Source: Eledone cirrhosa (taxonomy: Eukaryota). From it: 64,000 bases of DNA. The translations under genes and the position numbers were made by a program. Shown piece by piece: positions 1-14,297 of the stretch (within the stretch, counting starts at the first letter, position 1; each line of letters starts with the position of its first letter). The stretch is from assembly GCA_964016885.1 (NCBI GenBank), contig OZ024753.1:23436001-23500000 (forward strand). The letters are read 5' to 3'. The notes under the pieces were generated by a model. The model did not search any database and was not told where the DNA came from. It saw nothing but the letters and a program-made list of their open reading frames with translations.

Positions 1-192
1 GTAAGATTCATTGCTAATTTTCAATGAAGATATATATGTAGATAATGAAGTAGCGTGATTTTTACTTTAGAAATACAGAAAGTGTGACGATGCGAATTAT
101 ATCTTGTTTTAAAGCTATTCGAGGTGGAACCAATATAAGTTTTTAAAATTGCAGGTGTTGAGACAGTACAAGAGTAAACTATATATTTAATT

Positions 193-1816
193 GACGTAAC
201 AGTAATGGTGTCGACAGCCTCGGAAATCGGGGCGATCGGCACCTTACTGGAGGAGTACGAAAGGTTTACAGGGGCTAAGCTGAACCGCGACAAGTCGATC
301 GGTCTGCAACTCGGCACGTGGAGTGGCAGATCGATGCCCTCCGATGGCGTCGTCGGGCGCTGGACGGAGGGCCCGGTGAAGTTGCTCGGGGTCTGGTTCG
401 GACCAGACCTCCAGGTGGAGAAGAACTGGGGTGAGGTAACGAACAGGGTGTTTGCACTGACCCAGAAGTGGGCCAAGTGCAAACTGTCCCTGAAAGGTCG
501 GGTGGAGGTGGCGAACACTTATATAGCGTCCGTCATCTACTACCGCCTGACCGTTGTGCCTTGCCCAAGGGAAACGCTCGCCAAAATGGAGCGCGCACTC
601 TTCTAATTCCTTTGGAAGAAGCGGGCTCCTATGGTGAGGAGATCCATCTGCTGTCAACACCCTTCGAAAGGAGGGCTGGGGATGCCGTGGCTAATGATAC
701 GTAAACACGCATTAAGGCTACGGCACCTTCAGGTATTCCTCTCCGGTCAACCGGTGTGGGCCCCGTTTGTGAGGTGAGCCTTTCCCAGACTCGTCTCACT
801 CACCGAGCTGCAATCCTGGGTCAAGCAAAGACTGAGAAAACTGGGCGCCTGGCACACCGAGTGTGCCCAGGCGCTCACGGCTCTCTGGCAGGCGGACCCG
901 GCTGTCAGTGGAGAATCCACCTCGTCATTCTATAGAGGGCTGGTGGTTAGCAGGTGCGACGAAGCCCTCGGAGAAGCCCTAGGCATGGAGGAAGACGAAC
1001 TGGCCAACCTGTTCGGTAGGAAATTCAGCCCGGGACCCATGGATAACTTCCAGAGGTCCCTGGCCTGGCAATGCTACAGAAGGGCTCTGCCCGTTCGAGA
1101 AAGGCTCTACAGACACGGGCGCCCGGGTAGGGACCCATCGAAAAAGGTCTGTCCCAGATGCGTGTGCGACGAGGAAACCGTTGCACACGCATTGGTACAC
1201 TGCTCGGGCATTGCCGATCTGTGGGGCTATGTCGAACAACCGCTGTCAAGGGTGGGACCGATCCGGTTGACCACCGAGTCTATTGTAACGATCAAGCCGC
1301 CTCCCCTCTTCAAAAACGAAGGAGAGGCGGTGTTTCTGTGCGTAATAGCCATGGCGAAAGAGGTTGTATGGTGGAAGCGTCTGAAAGGATTGAGGTCAGA
1401 CACCTTTCTCTCTGGCCAACAACTGGTCCGTTTCTTCCGATATCATTTCGGAAGAAGGATCAGGATGGAGAGAGAGGTGCTGCACCCCAGCCGTTTCTAT
1501 GAAAGATGGGTGAAAGTGGCGAGAATGGCCCATGTGAATGGGCCTTTACTCTACATCAGACTATAGGTGAGGAAGATGAAAGACCAAGGGAGCACCCCTT
1601 CTCTGTGCTCCTGAGGAGAAGGGTTGCACACTTTTTTTCGGGGGTGTGTGCGCCTCCTCTCTATTGAGGACTTTGTTATAAATTTTATTTTTTGTTATAT
1701 TTTATTTTATTTTTATATATTGTTATTGCCTCCTCCTTATTGAGGACGCCTTGTTTTGTAAACTCCCCCCATTGTACTTGTCCCACTTTTGATGCCCTGG
1801 TGGCAAATAAAAGAAA
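193..1816 (+). mobile_element. 5'-truncated Tx1/L1-clade LINE, copy 1 (RT C-terminus, CCHC finger, 3' UTR)
   Basis: Near-identical to the 3' part of ORF 39989-43450, with internal stops. A 13-bp target duplication TATATATTTAATT at 180-192 and 1819-1831 splits the host GIY-YIG frame. Confidence 0.93.
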
Positions 1817-2041
1817 CATATATATTTAATTAGGTAATTTTTTCCCAGAGGGCAACTTTTATTTGGTCTACAGTTACAGTTGGTCTGGTTATTGGTATAT
1901 TGGTATATTGGTTGTGTAGTTATTATAGTTATTAATGTGAGTGTTGAGATTATGGTAATTATTATTATTACTATTATTATTATTGTTCTTTGAGTCTCAG
2001 TCATTGATGTTAGTTAACTGGAAAGTTTGTTGAAATGAATA

Positions 2042-3222
2042 TCAAGCCACTACCTGCAGCCTCAGATATTCAGGACGTATCAGAGGTTCTTGCTGTTCCC
2101 AGCAAGCATGCCTTTTGAAGTGTTCCAAAAAGTGGGCGGGGCCAATTTTCTTTAACCATCCCTGGAAACTTTTTGAGATAGTCCCCAGTGCGCCTATGAC
2201 AATCGGGACCACTTTGACTTCATGGCAGTTCCAAATCCTTTTTACCTCCCACTTTAAGTTCTGGTATCGGTTAATTTTCTCCCACTCCTTCTCTTGCACT
2301 CTCGTGTCGAATGGGCAGGCCACATCCACAATCAGGCACGATCTTTTCTCCTTGTCCAAAACCACCAGGTCAGGTCTATTGTGTTCCAGTTTCTTGTCCG
2401 TCTGTATCCTAAAATCCCATAGCACCTTCACCTGATCGTTTTCTATCACCGACTTTGGCTTATACTCATACCACTTCTCAGAATGTGGTAAATTATTTAC
2501 TTTGCATAGGTGCCAGTGGATCACCCTGCCCATCACATCATGTCTCCAGCCTTTATAGTGAGTCTGGGCTAGGTGTTTACACTCGGATACAATGTGAGCC
2601 ACAGTCTCCACTCTCTTTCCACAGATCCTGCACAGTGGGCTAGCCTCCTCCTTGTAAATATGGTGTTTCAGCCACTTCGTTTTGAGGGCCTGCTCTTGCG
2701 CAGCCATTAGCATTCCTTCTGCAACCTTTTTAAGGTCTCCTCTTCTCAACCAGTTCCATGTCTGTGGATCTCTGAATTCCGTTTTCTCAAAGAAGGTACT
2801 ATGAAGTGATTTTTCATGAAGGTTGCTCTTTCTCCTTGTTGTTATTTCCTCCTTGGACATTCCCTGGTCTATTGTCCTCTCCTTCAGTACAATTCTGAGC
2901 ATTGGCTCCTTACAATCGGTCACGTATTTGTGTAGGTTGTTTTTCTCCATCTGAACACAGTCCTCTATGCTGATAAGACCTCTTCCACCTTCAGATCTCC
3001 TTAAGTAGAGTCTATCGACATCACTCCTCTTCTGGAATATATTGTAGATAGTCAATAGCTTCCTAGTCTTCCTATCCATTTCTTTTTGTTCAGCAACATT
3101 CCATCTCAGAATTCCCGCACTGTACCTAATAATAGACACAACTCGGGAATTTACTGCACTTATGGCATTCCTACTGTTCAGATGTGACTTTAATACGCTC
3201 CTTACTCTCCGAATCTTATCAA
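2042..3222 (-). mobile_element. 5'-truncated R4/Dong-like non-LTR element (RT thumb, CCHC, restriction-like endonuclease)
   Basis: Motifs RLYLRRSEGGRGL, CRICG..ETVAHIVSEC..RHD, WDFRIQTD..RPDLVV..IVDVACPFD..KINRY, VVPIVIGALG within ORF 2042-3634. Confidence 0.88.
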
Positions 3223-5019
3223 TTCCGTCATTTTTTTTATTATTTATTTTTTTTTTATTATTACTATTAATATTGATGTCATTATTACTAGTACTATTAC
3301 TATTATTGTTTCTAACACTCTCATGTATTGAGTTATTATGATGGTGATTTCTAGGTTGAGAGTTATTAACCTGGTGTAATTGGAAATATTTATCAATCTT
3401 CTTTTTATTACTGCTAGCTATGTGGTTCGCAATGTTAGGTGTAGTAGAGTAAGAGATTTTATTAGTATTTTTATTAATTAGATTATAGTATTTATGGTTA
3501 AAAGGGAATTTTTTTTCTGTAATGAAGAAAAAGGCTTTCGGTGAGTTAGTGGAGTCATTTAAATTGAAGGGTAGATTAAAAAAATGTATTAATTCTTCTT
3601 CTATTCCTTTGATTATTTTTATGATGATTTTCAATTTTATTCATAGCCATATTATATGAAATAATATTAGGTTGTTTATTGCAAAAATTAGATGAGTTTT
3701 AGGTACAAATTTTATTTTATTTTTATGGCCGGAGCCAGATAAAGCTTCATTGTAGTATTGGAAAATACGGATAAATATAGTTTCATTATATGATAGACTA
3801 GTTATTCTATTAGATACCGCTTTAATAATCGAGTTTAATACAGATTTGGGGTGGTTAGAGTTGGTATCTACATAAAATAGTTTTTCATTTGGTTTATGAT
3901 AAGGTGTATATATGTTAGAATTTAAGCAAAGGGTAACATCAAGGAAGTTAACATTTTTAGTGTTTTTATCTAAAGTGATACCTAAGGTGAAATTTTAGAA
4001 TAATTTATGTAATTGTTTTCTAGTTCTTTCAATATTATATTTTTTATATTCTAAGAGGAAAATCCATCGTCACGATAAAATCCACCATTAAGATAAGGTA
4101 TATTTTTATGGATTTCATTTAACAGGAATAAACCAACTAAGTCCATAACTTGTGCAGAGTCGCTGGACCCCACAGTGATGTCGAAGTTATTTGATGTATT
4201 TTTGCGGGTCCATATTTAATCTTCAAATATGATTATGGTTTTACGGCCCGCAAGAATAACATCGACTTGGATCTAGTGAAGTCACTATTATTCATAGTCA
4301 TTATTGGTGCTTTATTTAAGTATATTTAAAAGTATAGGTGAAATAGAGGTGTAATATGAATTTATATCGAATTGGATAAATTTCTTATTTTTACTTTCAT
4401 TAAACCATTCAATTAGTTCTCCCAAAGATTTAGGTGTTTTTTTTTTACTAAATTGGGGGATAATTTTATCTAAGGTCTTTTTGCTAATAATCCCAATGTC
4501 AGATTTGGATGGGCAAATTAGTATAATTGAGGGGTCAGTATTAAAGTCTTACTTATGGTCTTTCAAAGAGAATCGTGGAGGATTAGGGGTGCAAGGTTGA
4601 GTGTGTCTCTCAAGTCCTAATTTACAAACTAAACTATGACCTTCAATATTAATATCGTCTAGAATTTTAGAAGAGGTTTTCTTATAATTTTTATGTAGTT
4701 CATTATATATGAATTTTCTATGTTTCATGATCTAGGCTATTTATGTTTTTAGTTTTATCAGCAAAGACTAGAATATTCTCATTTCTATTGAAGCTTTTAA
4801 TTGTGGAATTAAGATTTTTAGAAAGGTATTCTTTTTATTGAAAGGTTTTCTATACCTAATTCTCTTTACAAGCGTTACTAGGTCATTTTCGAAGGAGTCT
4901 AGCAAGATGTTGTGTGGTGCGCTTTTATAAGTTTTGAAACCATAATATTCAAACGGGGTGTATCTTGATTTTTATCACCTCTGTTCCTATCATAATGGAA
5001 TGCCCTCCATCTTACTACA

Positions 5020-5600
5020 TTCATTGAAAACTAGCAATAAACCTTACACCCTAGAATGGGACTATGTTAGCTAAAGCCCCCTCTTATAAACCACCTAACA
5101 AATTCTGTAACCTCTGTCTCCTAGAGTCTCGGACTATTATTTATTCGAAATTAAACCTATTAAATAGAAAGTCAGAAATATTCTCTACGTGTCCACACTC
5201 ACTCCAACTATTTTAAACCCAGCAACTCATTTATAAAAATGTCAGATCTAAACCCTCATTTCCATTAACACTTATACCTTGAATTTTAATCATCTAAATT
5301 CCTATGATTTTTGTATTCATTTATATAACACCCCCTATATAGTGCAATGAACCTATAACATTGTTTAATGAACCTGACCACCCTATTAACTTAGGCCTAT
5401 TTTATCATATATCTTTTATCTCACTTAATTATCAAAATATTACCAAAACCTTAATATGTTTATACACTCCTCTTAGCCTCTTTTGTCTACTACAGATCCT
5501 ATAATTTATCTATACTTTATTACCCCAATAACCATAATAAGATTAATTACACACATGTACCCTACTATATTTTCCCTTTTACTATATCATCCTTTTAATT
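5020..5600 (+). mobile_element. Inverted 3' fragment of the same Naiad family (GIY-YIG C-terminus and 3' UTR)
   Basis: TTCATTGAAAACTAGCAATAAACCTTAC matches the reverse complement of bases 1-28. Encodes ..EWD..PSYKPPNKFCNLCLLE..NRKSEIFSTCPH. Right end approximate. Confidence 0.75.
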
Positions 5601-5705
5601 ATAAATATTATTATTATTCGAGACACCTCGAAAACATGTGTTCACGATTAAAACAAAAAAGCAAAAACAAACTGAAAATGTAAACATGATTATATGAATA
5701 TAAAA

Positions 5706-7696
5706 TCTTTATATATATAAAAGCGAGGAGGTGTGTGTGTCTGTGTACAACTTTGCATACTTAAGGCTTTTACAATTACCAACTGAATTTGACTAAATTT
5801 TCTTTGCCCGTTGCACAGGTCGCTAGGATTGTCACATCGCAAACAGTTTTTAAATCGACCCACGTTGAACAATAAAAAAATCGATATCAAAATTATCGGT
5901 AGAAAAATTGAAGTATGGGAGATAACAAACTTTATTGACAATCCTTATAAAAAAGGGAGATAACCAACTTTTCAGAAATATAAACATCACATTCATTTGA
6001 AGATAAATCACTAATATTATCGTTTGTTTCTTGTTTATTCTTTGTTGCACTTTCAAAGTTAAAAAACACTTGTTGTTTTAACTTGTTTCACTATATTAAG
6101 TGTTAATTTTCGCGTTAAGGGCCTAATCTCGTAGTAGTCTCGAATTGACGAGATTTTGATGATGGTTTGTTTATTTTTAGAACAATCGTTATGGGACTTT
6201 CCATTCAAACCATTGGGACCTACAACTTTTACATTTTTAAAACTTTCATAAGCCATGTTGATACAAACAAAAAATTGTTGCACTTTCAAAGTTAACTGTA
6301 ACGCTTCAATTCATACATTTTGACTTTACAACTTTTCACCAAATATGCCCCGTAAAAGAAAGTATGCACATATTGGCTATCGGTTGAAGAAAACAGTGCG
6401 TGTAAATGACGCTCCGCCGATAACCGAACGTAGACAATCACTAAATGCGGTGAGTACAGTTATTGCAACATCTTTGTCCGCCGATGAGCGTCGGTTAGTG
6501 CGGCGAACCAATAATGCTAAAGCAACTGCTGCAGCACGAGCTGCAGAGACTACAGAGCAACGTGAAACACGCCTTGCTATGGATGCTACAGATACTGCTG
6601 CAGCAAGATCTGCAGAGACAGTACAAAAATATGAAAGACGCCGTGCGCGTAGAGCAATTGAGACTGAGCAAGAACGTCAAAGTCGGCATTTGAGAAATGC
6701 TTCAGCTACTGCTACGGCACGAGCTGTAGAGACTGTAACAAGTCGAGCTATTCGGCTGGAGGGTAACGCTCAACGTAGAGCTTTATCGCGGGGTATTTCA
6801 AAGGCATCACGCTCACGATGGTACCTTAAGGCAGTTAATTATGACCCTAATGTAAACTATCAAATCCATCCTGATATTCAAATATATGCCATGTCAAATA
6901 CTTGCCAGCATTGTAAAGCTAAAAAGTGTGTGTGTGTGGGGGGGGGGGGGGGAAGAATCAGCTGGAATGTGCTGCTCCAACGATAAGGTTAATTTGCCCA
7001 CCCTTAGGGAACCACCGCAACCTCTCCATATGCTTCTAACAGGTAAGCATTCACAATCACGTGATTTTCTGAAGCATATCCGACAGTACAACATTGCGTT
7101 TCAAATGACCTCTTTCGGTGCAAAACGTCTGTTCACGAGTTGGCAGTCGAGATAATCTCTTTGCGTTGTTCCGAAAAGAAAAACAAAGAATATCGTCTAT
7201 CCTGAAGTGCTTTGGTGTTAACAAAAAAACTTATTACAGCTCTGCCTTGACTTCACTTTACTCATTACAAAACATACCAATGAATATGTTATGCAGGATA
7301 TTTTGGATTATAAGTTAAAAATTTAACCATACACAGCAAAGGATGCTCTCAAAGAATAGATTTTCTCTTATTCTACTCTCATTGTTTTTTTGTTTGTATA
7401 CAACTCTGTTTTCATTACAACTTTTTGTACTTTAGCAAAACTGCCTGTTTTTTTTACAGATTTGCAACGTGTATTGTCTTTAATCATTTGTATAACTACA
7501 TCCTGTTCAGTGTTTTCCTTCATTAACAGCATAGTTTTATGTGTACAAAGATTGCACTAAATATTCATTTGCATTAATTATTGAAGACTTCTGTTTATTT
7601 TGACAGGTTGGGGACAAATAATGTTCTTCTTTTACTTCCTAGCTGTATATTCTTAGCATAATTTCAAACCCGAGCAACGCCGGGTAAATCTGCTAG
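5706..7696 (+). mobile_element. Internally deleted Helitron
   Basis: 5' TC, 3' hairpin ACCCGAGCAACGCCGGGT followed by CTAG, inserted between A and T; carries a RepHel N-terminal remnant. Confidence 0.88.
6345..7140 (+). pseudogene. Helitron RepHel N-terminal remnant (frameshifted at a TG/G run)
   Basis: MPRKR, R/E/A-rich repeats, CQHCKAKK, then in a second frame GMCCSNDKVNLP..FLKHIRQYNIAFQMTSFGAK. Confidence 0.85.
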
Positions 7697-8250
7697 TAAC
7701 ATATAAAAGGAGACAAAATAAAATACAATAAATCAAATAAGTTTAAAATATAGGATTACGAACGATTTAGATTTAAATAGATAAGATATAATTTTAACTG
7801 AGTTTCAGTCCTTATGCATCGGTTTGATTACAAAATATACTTTCAATTTAAAATAACGGATAACGTATATATATAATGTATATTTAATCCCAATAATTAT
7901 TATAATATCGATATATAAAAACAAGAATGAATAACAAATATATATACTCATTAAATTTAAAATTAAAATAAAATTGAATTACTTAACTAGCTTTCTATAT
8001 TATGTTACGACAAACACGTGTCTCTTTCGAGTAAGAGAAACGAAAATATCTAACAGACCGAACATAAACCTCTTAAAAAAGAAAAAATCGAAAAATAACA
8101 ACGTCTAAATATATGTACTTATCTTTTACAAAAGTTGTTGATCAAGGTAATGAATTAACTCAAGTAAAAAATGTAAGATTCGTGTCGATTTGAATATCAA
8201 TTTCGCAGAGATGAAAAAAGCACGTCCGAATGATCCAACCAATCCAGTCT
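7697..8250. repeat. Interspersed AT-rich repeat, homologous to ~31400-32080
   Basis: Shared blocks TATAAAAGGAGACAAAATAA, AATAACAAATATATA, TTACTTAACT.GCTTTCTATATT. The Helitron appears inserted into it. Confidence 0.55.
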
Positions 8251-8271
8251 ATATCTATATGTTTATATATA

Positions 8272-8713
8272 TAAAATAAAGTTAAATAAAAGTCAAATGA
8301 TTAAAATTTAGCTTCGTTTATTACTGCTATATATATTACAGTGACAGCCATCTTTGGCTGTGACCTCTTCAGGCAGTTTGAATTAGTATGGTATAGACAA
8401 GTACATATGTTATTTAGGTGTATGATATTGTCAATACTCTGATATGCCCAGTTCCTTGTTGGGTTGTTAATTCACTGGGGAACTGGAGTCATATGATTCC
8501 AGTTCCCCAGTGAATTAACAACCCAACAAGGAACTGGGCATATCAGAGTATTGACAATATCATACACCTAAATAACATATGTACTTGTCTATACCATACT
8601 AATTCAAACTGCCTGAAGAGGTCACAGCCAAAGATGGCTGTCACTGAAATATATATAGCAGTAATAAACGAAGCTAAATTTTAATCATTTGACTTTTATT
8701 TAACTTTATTTTA
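8272..8713. repeat. Spacerless ~440-bp palindrome with an HHR in each arm
   Basis: Arms are reverse complements around CATATG at 8490-8495, with very few mismatches. Confidence 0.93.
8608..8662 (+). ncRNA. Type I hammerhead ribozyme (mirror copy 8323-8377 on minus has GAAA>GTAA)
   Basis: ACTGC-CTGAAGA-ggt cacagcca aaga tggctgt cact-GAAA-tatata-TA-GCAGT. Confidence 0.88.
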
Positions 8714-8830
8714 CACTGCTCCGGAGAAACCAAACCAACCTGCGCACTTCGACGAGTTCTCCAGCCAGCATACTGAGGTGTTGGTATACAACCAACATAA
8801 ACTCAAAATCTGTTTATATATATATATATG

Positions 8831-11800
8831 TTTCTTTTATTTGCCACCAGGGCATCAAAAGTGGGACAAGTACAATTGGGGGAGTTTACAAAGCAAGGCG
8901 TCCTCAATAAGGAGGAGGCAATAACAATATATAAAAATAAAATAAAATATAACAAAAAATAAAATTTATAACAAAGTCCTCAATAGAGAGGAGGCGCCTT
9001 GGGGGGGGGGGGGGGGGGTCGCACACACCCCCGAAAAAAGTGTGCAACCCTTCTCCCCAGGAGCACAGAGAAGGGGTGCTCCCTTGGTCTTTCATCTTCC
9101 TCACCTATAGTCTGATGTAGAGTGAAGGCCCATTCACACGGGCCATTCTCGCCACTTTCACCCATCTTTCATAGAAACGGCTGGGGTGCAGCACCTCTCT
9201 CTCCATCCTGATCCTTCTTCCGAAATGATATCGGAAGAAACGGACCAGTTATTGGCCAGAGAGAAAGGTGTCTGACCTCAGTCCTTTCAGACGCCTCCAC
9301 CATACAACCTCTTTCGCCATGGCTATTACGCACAGAAACACCGCCTCTCCTTCGTTTTTGAAGAGGGGAGGCGGCTTGATCGTTACAATAGACTCGGTGG
9401 TCAACCGGATCGGTCCCACCCTTGACAGCAGTTGTTCGACATAGCCCCACAGATCGGCAATGCCCGAGCAGTGTACCAATGCGTGTGCAACGGTTTCCTC
9501 GTCGCAAACGCATCTGGGACAGACCTTTTTCGATGGGTCCCTACCCGGGCGCCCGTGTCTGTAGAGCCTTTCTCGAACGGGCAGAGCCCTTCTGTAGCAT
9601 TGCTAGGCCAGGGACCTCTGGAAGTTATCCATGGGTCCCGGACTGAATGTCCTACCGAAAAGGTTGGCCAGTTCGTCTTCCTCCATGCCTAGGGCTTCTC
9701 CGAGGGCGTCGTCGCACCTGCTAACCACCAGCCCTCTATAGAATGACGAGGTGGATTCTCCACTGACAGCCGGGTCCGCCTGCCAGAGAGCCGTGAGCGC
9801 CTGGGCACACTCGGTGTGCCAGGCGCCCAGTTTTCTCGGTCTTTGCTTGACCTAGGATTGCAGCTAGGTGAGTGAGACGAGTCTGGGAAAGGCTCACCTC
9901 ACAAACGGGGCCCACACCGGTTGACCGGAGAGGAATACCTGAAGGTGCCGTAGCCTTAATGCGTGTTTACGTATCATCAGCCACGGCATCCCCAGCCCTC
10001 CTTTCGAAGGGTGTTGACAGCAGATGGATCTCCTCACCATAGGAGCCCGCTTCTTCCAAAGGAATTGGAAGAGTGCGCGCTCCATTTTGGCGAGCGTTTA
10101 CCTTGGGCAAGGCACAACGGTCAGGCGGTAGTAGATGACGGACGCTATATAAGTGTTCGCCACCTCCGCCCGACCTTTCAGGGACAGTTTGCACTCGGCC
10201 CACTTCTGGGTCAGTGCAAACACCCTGCTCGTCACCTCACCCCAGTTCTTCTCCACCTGGAGGTCTGGTCCGAACCAGACCCCGAGCAATTTCACCGGGC
10301 CCTCCGTCCAGCGCCCGACGACGCCATCGGAGGGCATCGATCTGCCCCTCCACGTGCCGAGTTGCAGACCGATCGACTTGTCCCGGTTCAGCTTAGCCCC
10401 TGTAAACCTTTCGTACTCCTCCAGTAAGGTGCCGATCGCCCCGATTTCTGAGGCCGTCGACACCATTACTGTTACGTCATCGGCGTAGGCTGACACTGCT
10501 TTCCGCAATCCCGGTTCCAACGGGATGCCCTGCAACAACTCCACCTTCCGCAGCAGTGGCTCTAGAATCACTACATACAGAAGGGAGGAGAGAGGGCACC
10601 CCTGTCGGATGGACCGCGCGATTTCGAACGGCTCCGAGAGGTAGCCGTTCACCTTGACCCTAGAGCAGATGCGGCTGCTGTGCATGGCATTGATCCAGCC
10701 CCTGAAAACGGGTCCGAAGCCTGCCGCCGCTAGCACCGCATCCAGGTAACCATGGTCGACCCTATCGAATGCCTTAGATTGATCCAAGTTGATCAGGGCC
10801 CCACCAAAGCCGGGTCGTTCCCAACCCTCTCTATGATGTATCGCATGAGGTGGAGGTTATCGTGGATGGACCTGGACGGGATAGCACATGTCTGCGCATC
10901 TCCCACCAGGTTGCCCACGACAAGCGCCAACCTCTTTGCTAGCACCTTGGCCAAAATCTGTAACTCTGTATTTAGCAGAGTTATGGGCCTGAAATTATTT
11001 ATATCGTCCCCCTTGTTCTCGTCCTTCCTCACTAGCGTGACTACGCCCTTGGTCACAGCACAGGGAATTCTCCCGTTCTGTCGCCAGTTGCAGTAGACCG
11101 CCTCGAGGAGTTCGGGGAACAAGTCCGGCATAGCTAGATATAGTTCGTATGGAAGACCATCGAGACCCGGGGATTTGCGTTTGCCGCATTGGCTCAGCAC
11201 GTCCTCTATCTCAGCGGCTGAAATCGGCTCCTCGCAGGACTTCGCCCCCCTGTCCGAGAGACGTGGCAGGCCGTCGAGGTATGGACCGAAGTCCACGTCC
11301 CCAACCGGCCCCCGCCCCTTCCGAACAATTCGGCAAAGTGCTTTTGAAAAAACCTCGCACATCTGCTTAGGTTCAAGGATCACCCGTCCATCCTGGTCTC
11401 GCAAAGACCGGATAGTGGATCTGCTCCCTCGTTTGGCTTCTGTCACGCGGGCCCAGCTAACAGCTTTGCTCCCCTCGTTTCCCAGAGCACGTATTTTGCT
11501 TCGGACGATGCAGCCTTCGTGTTTCGCGTCGAAGAACTGGCCCAGGGCCGTTCTCGACGCTAGCACTCTGGCCACGTCGCCGCTTCTAATTGCCTCTTCT
11601 ACACTATCTACCAACTCCCTTTCCTTCCTATTTCTATTGGAGGCTAACTCCTTACTAAATTCTATAGAGACTACTCTAATCTCTCTTTTGAGAGATCCCC
11701 ACCACCTGCTGTTGACGATGGCGCCCGTCAACCGCTCCTTAACTAAAGTGCTAATCCGGTTCCTGTAAGCCTTACTTGCCGGTAAGGACAAGTTGAGCTT

Positions 11801-14006
11801 CCAGTAACCGGGTCCCTGTCTATGAGTTCTGTCAAGGTTGACCATGCAGGTCACTAATTTGTGGTCTGAATAGCTAACCATGCGCATTTTTGGACAACTT
11901 AAAAAGTCCTTATCCTTAATTCTAACTAAGAACCTATCTAGGTACGACCTAGATGTTCCGCTACGATTTGTCCAAGTCCAGGTTGGCGCAGTCGGAAAAT
12001 CTAGTCGATATCTATCGGCCAGGTCAAATCGACCGATTAACCCTTTGAGGCTATTACACCCCTCTCTATCGGGACAGGCCCCTACGTAGTCCCAGCGTGC
12101 ATCTAGGATACCATTCCAGTCCCCCACTAATAGCAAGGAGCGGGACGTCCCTAGAAAAGTCTCCAGACGATCGAAGAAGTCCGGCCGCATTGACCCGAAA
12201 GGGCCGTAGGCGGTTACCAACCTAAACGCTCCGCCTTTACCACTGCCAAGGTCCAGAACCACTAGTCGTCCCTCCGGGTCCAAATGTACCATCTGTGTTG
12301 CGAGACCCAGATGTTTTTGCAGCAGAACGACAACTCCACCCCCGCCTCCGGGCTGACAGAGAGATGCGTGCATCTCAAAGTCATCAAAGGTGGGGGCCAG
12401 CTGTCGCACGTTGCTGATCCGGGCCTCGCAAATAACCATCACATCTATACGTTGTGACCTGAGGTCATTTAGAAGCATTGCTTGCTTCCAAGTTGAGCCC
12501 AGGCCACGCGCATTTAAACAGCCTACTCTTAGCATAGCCATGTTGGTGGTGAAGAGAAAAGGCACTTACCTCTCTGCGTCCCGGGTATCGGGCTGCACAA
12601 TTTCCATTGGGGTGGGGGACGGGTTGTTGGGTGGGGTGGTGGTTTGTGGAAGTGTAGGGGCATCAGTGTGTTGTGTGGTTGGGGAGTTTGGAGTTGTGTG
12701 GGTGTTTGGGGAGGGGTGGGATAGTTTTTTAGGAGGACGCGGTTAATGGGTCCGACGCAGGGGGGACCCACGTCCTCTTTAAAATTGTTTTTTAAAGTTT
12801 TATAGGTGTCCTGTGGGGCCTTAATCATTTTGAGGTGGGGGAAATCCCCTGCCTGGGTGAAGTTAGGCCCTTGTGTTTTTATTAGATTGTTGTTGTACAC
12901 AATGTTTAACAGTTTTTTGTTTCTTGTGTTTATGTATGTGTATGCATGTTTTTGTTTTTGTGTGGTGTTTTTTGTTTGCTGTTGTTGTGAGCTCTTTTGT
13001 GTTGGTGTCAGTGTTATGTTTTGGGGAGGGGTTGTTTTCATTTGTGTGTCTGAGGTGTGTTTTCTTTTTTTTCTTTTGATTGTGTGGAAGTGCTCCTCCT
13101 CGTCTGACGACGAACTAGGGTCATCTTCCGCGTTGGAGGGGAGGGGTATATTTTCGGGTTGTGTTTGCGGTACGGGTGTTTTGGAAATTGTTTTTGTTTT
13201 TTGAGTGGAGGGGATGGGTTGTACATTGTTTTGTTTTGGTTTGAGCTGTGGTGGTTGTTTTTGTAGAGGTAGTTGTGGTGATTGTGTTGGTTGTGCAGTT
13301 GCTGGTGGTGTAGGCAAGATTGGGGTTTTCTTATTAAGTTGGGGACAGACAGCCCTCAGGTGACCTCTGGTTCCGCAGAGGTAACACGAGGGCCGTCTAC
13401 CCTCAACGGTAATGTTGATGAAGGTTAGATCATCCAGTATGACGAGTTCAGGGATCTGGGCGATCCTTTCGGGCCTCATTTGAACTACAAGTTCGAGGCT
13501 CGTTCCACTGAACGCGTCACCCGATGCCTTTCCCATGGACACCAGCATGTCATCCTTCAGGTCCAGAAAACCTGTCAAAACCCACCATATGTCCATAATC
13601 GGCAGGATGGTGTGGATTTTTATTTTTTGTGTTCTTCTACACATGTACGTAGGGTAGAAGGTGTATGCGGTGGATGTGATTGGTTTGATGGACAGTTTCA
13701 CTGCTGTGTCCCTGTCCTTCATGAGAATGGATAGACTCCCGTAGAGTCTATCCTTCTGAATGAAGGTGATGTCCTTCATGACGTCTTTTAAAACCTGCTC
13801 TATCTCACTCTGTGATGGTTGAGCTGGTTTTTTACTTTTGTTCGAGATTGTCCTAAACATGACCGTGTTTAGGAGTCTCTTGCTTTTTAGTTCCGGGGGG
13901 GAATGGATTGTGAATGAACCATTTTCTCCGTACACTATATATTTTTTCGCATCTGCCAGTAGCTCCTTCGCTTTGGTTATATCTACTGGCAGATAGTCGA
14001 GGGTTT
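8831..14006 (-). mobile_element. Tx1/L1-clade LINE copy 2, 5'-truncated in ORF1, frameshifted
   Basis: ORF fragments 12529-13935, 10793-12565 and 10098-10787 are colinear with the intact copy; both ends abut (TA)n. Confidence 0.95.
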
Positions 14007-14297
14007 ATATATATATATATAGAGAGAGAGAGAGATAGATATAATTTTTTCCCTTCGGTTTTAACGGCATTCTTTAATAACATCAATTTTTGGGAGAATC
14101 CTTCACTATCTTCTTGATTTGACCTCATTTTAACCCCTATCTCCCCCATTGTATTCTTTTCATTCAAAGCATAATTTTACATTCCTCCACTCCTAATATT
14201 AAATTCTACTACTGTCATTCAATCAACTTGACCTCTAACTCTTTTCTATTGGTCAATTCAAAACATGTTCCCAAACAGACATTTTATATTAACACTT

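Larger units (their letters stand above)
1..5018 (-). mobile_element. Degenerate Naiad-type Penelope-like retroelement (RT + C-terminal GIY-YIG), interrupted by two LINE insertions
   Basis: Minus strand reads MRWRAFHY..YGFKTYK (~5010), FDITVGSSDSAQVMDLVG and GGFYRDDG (~4190-4065), NKISYSTTPNIANHI, NCNCRPNKSCPL (~1880-1845), and IVYSCTV..YIGSTSNSFKTRYNSH (190-85). Many stops and frameshifts; runs off the window start. Confidence 0.88.
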
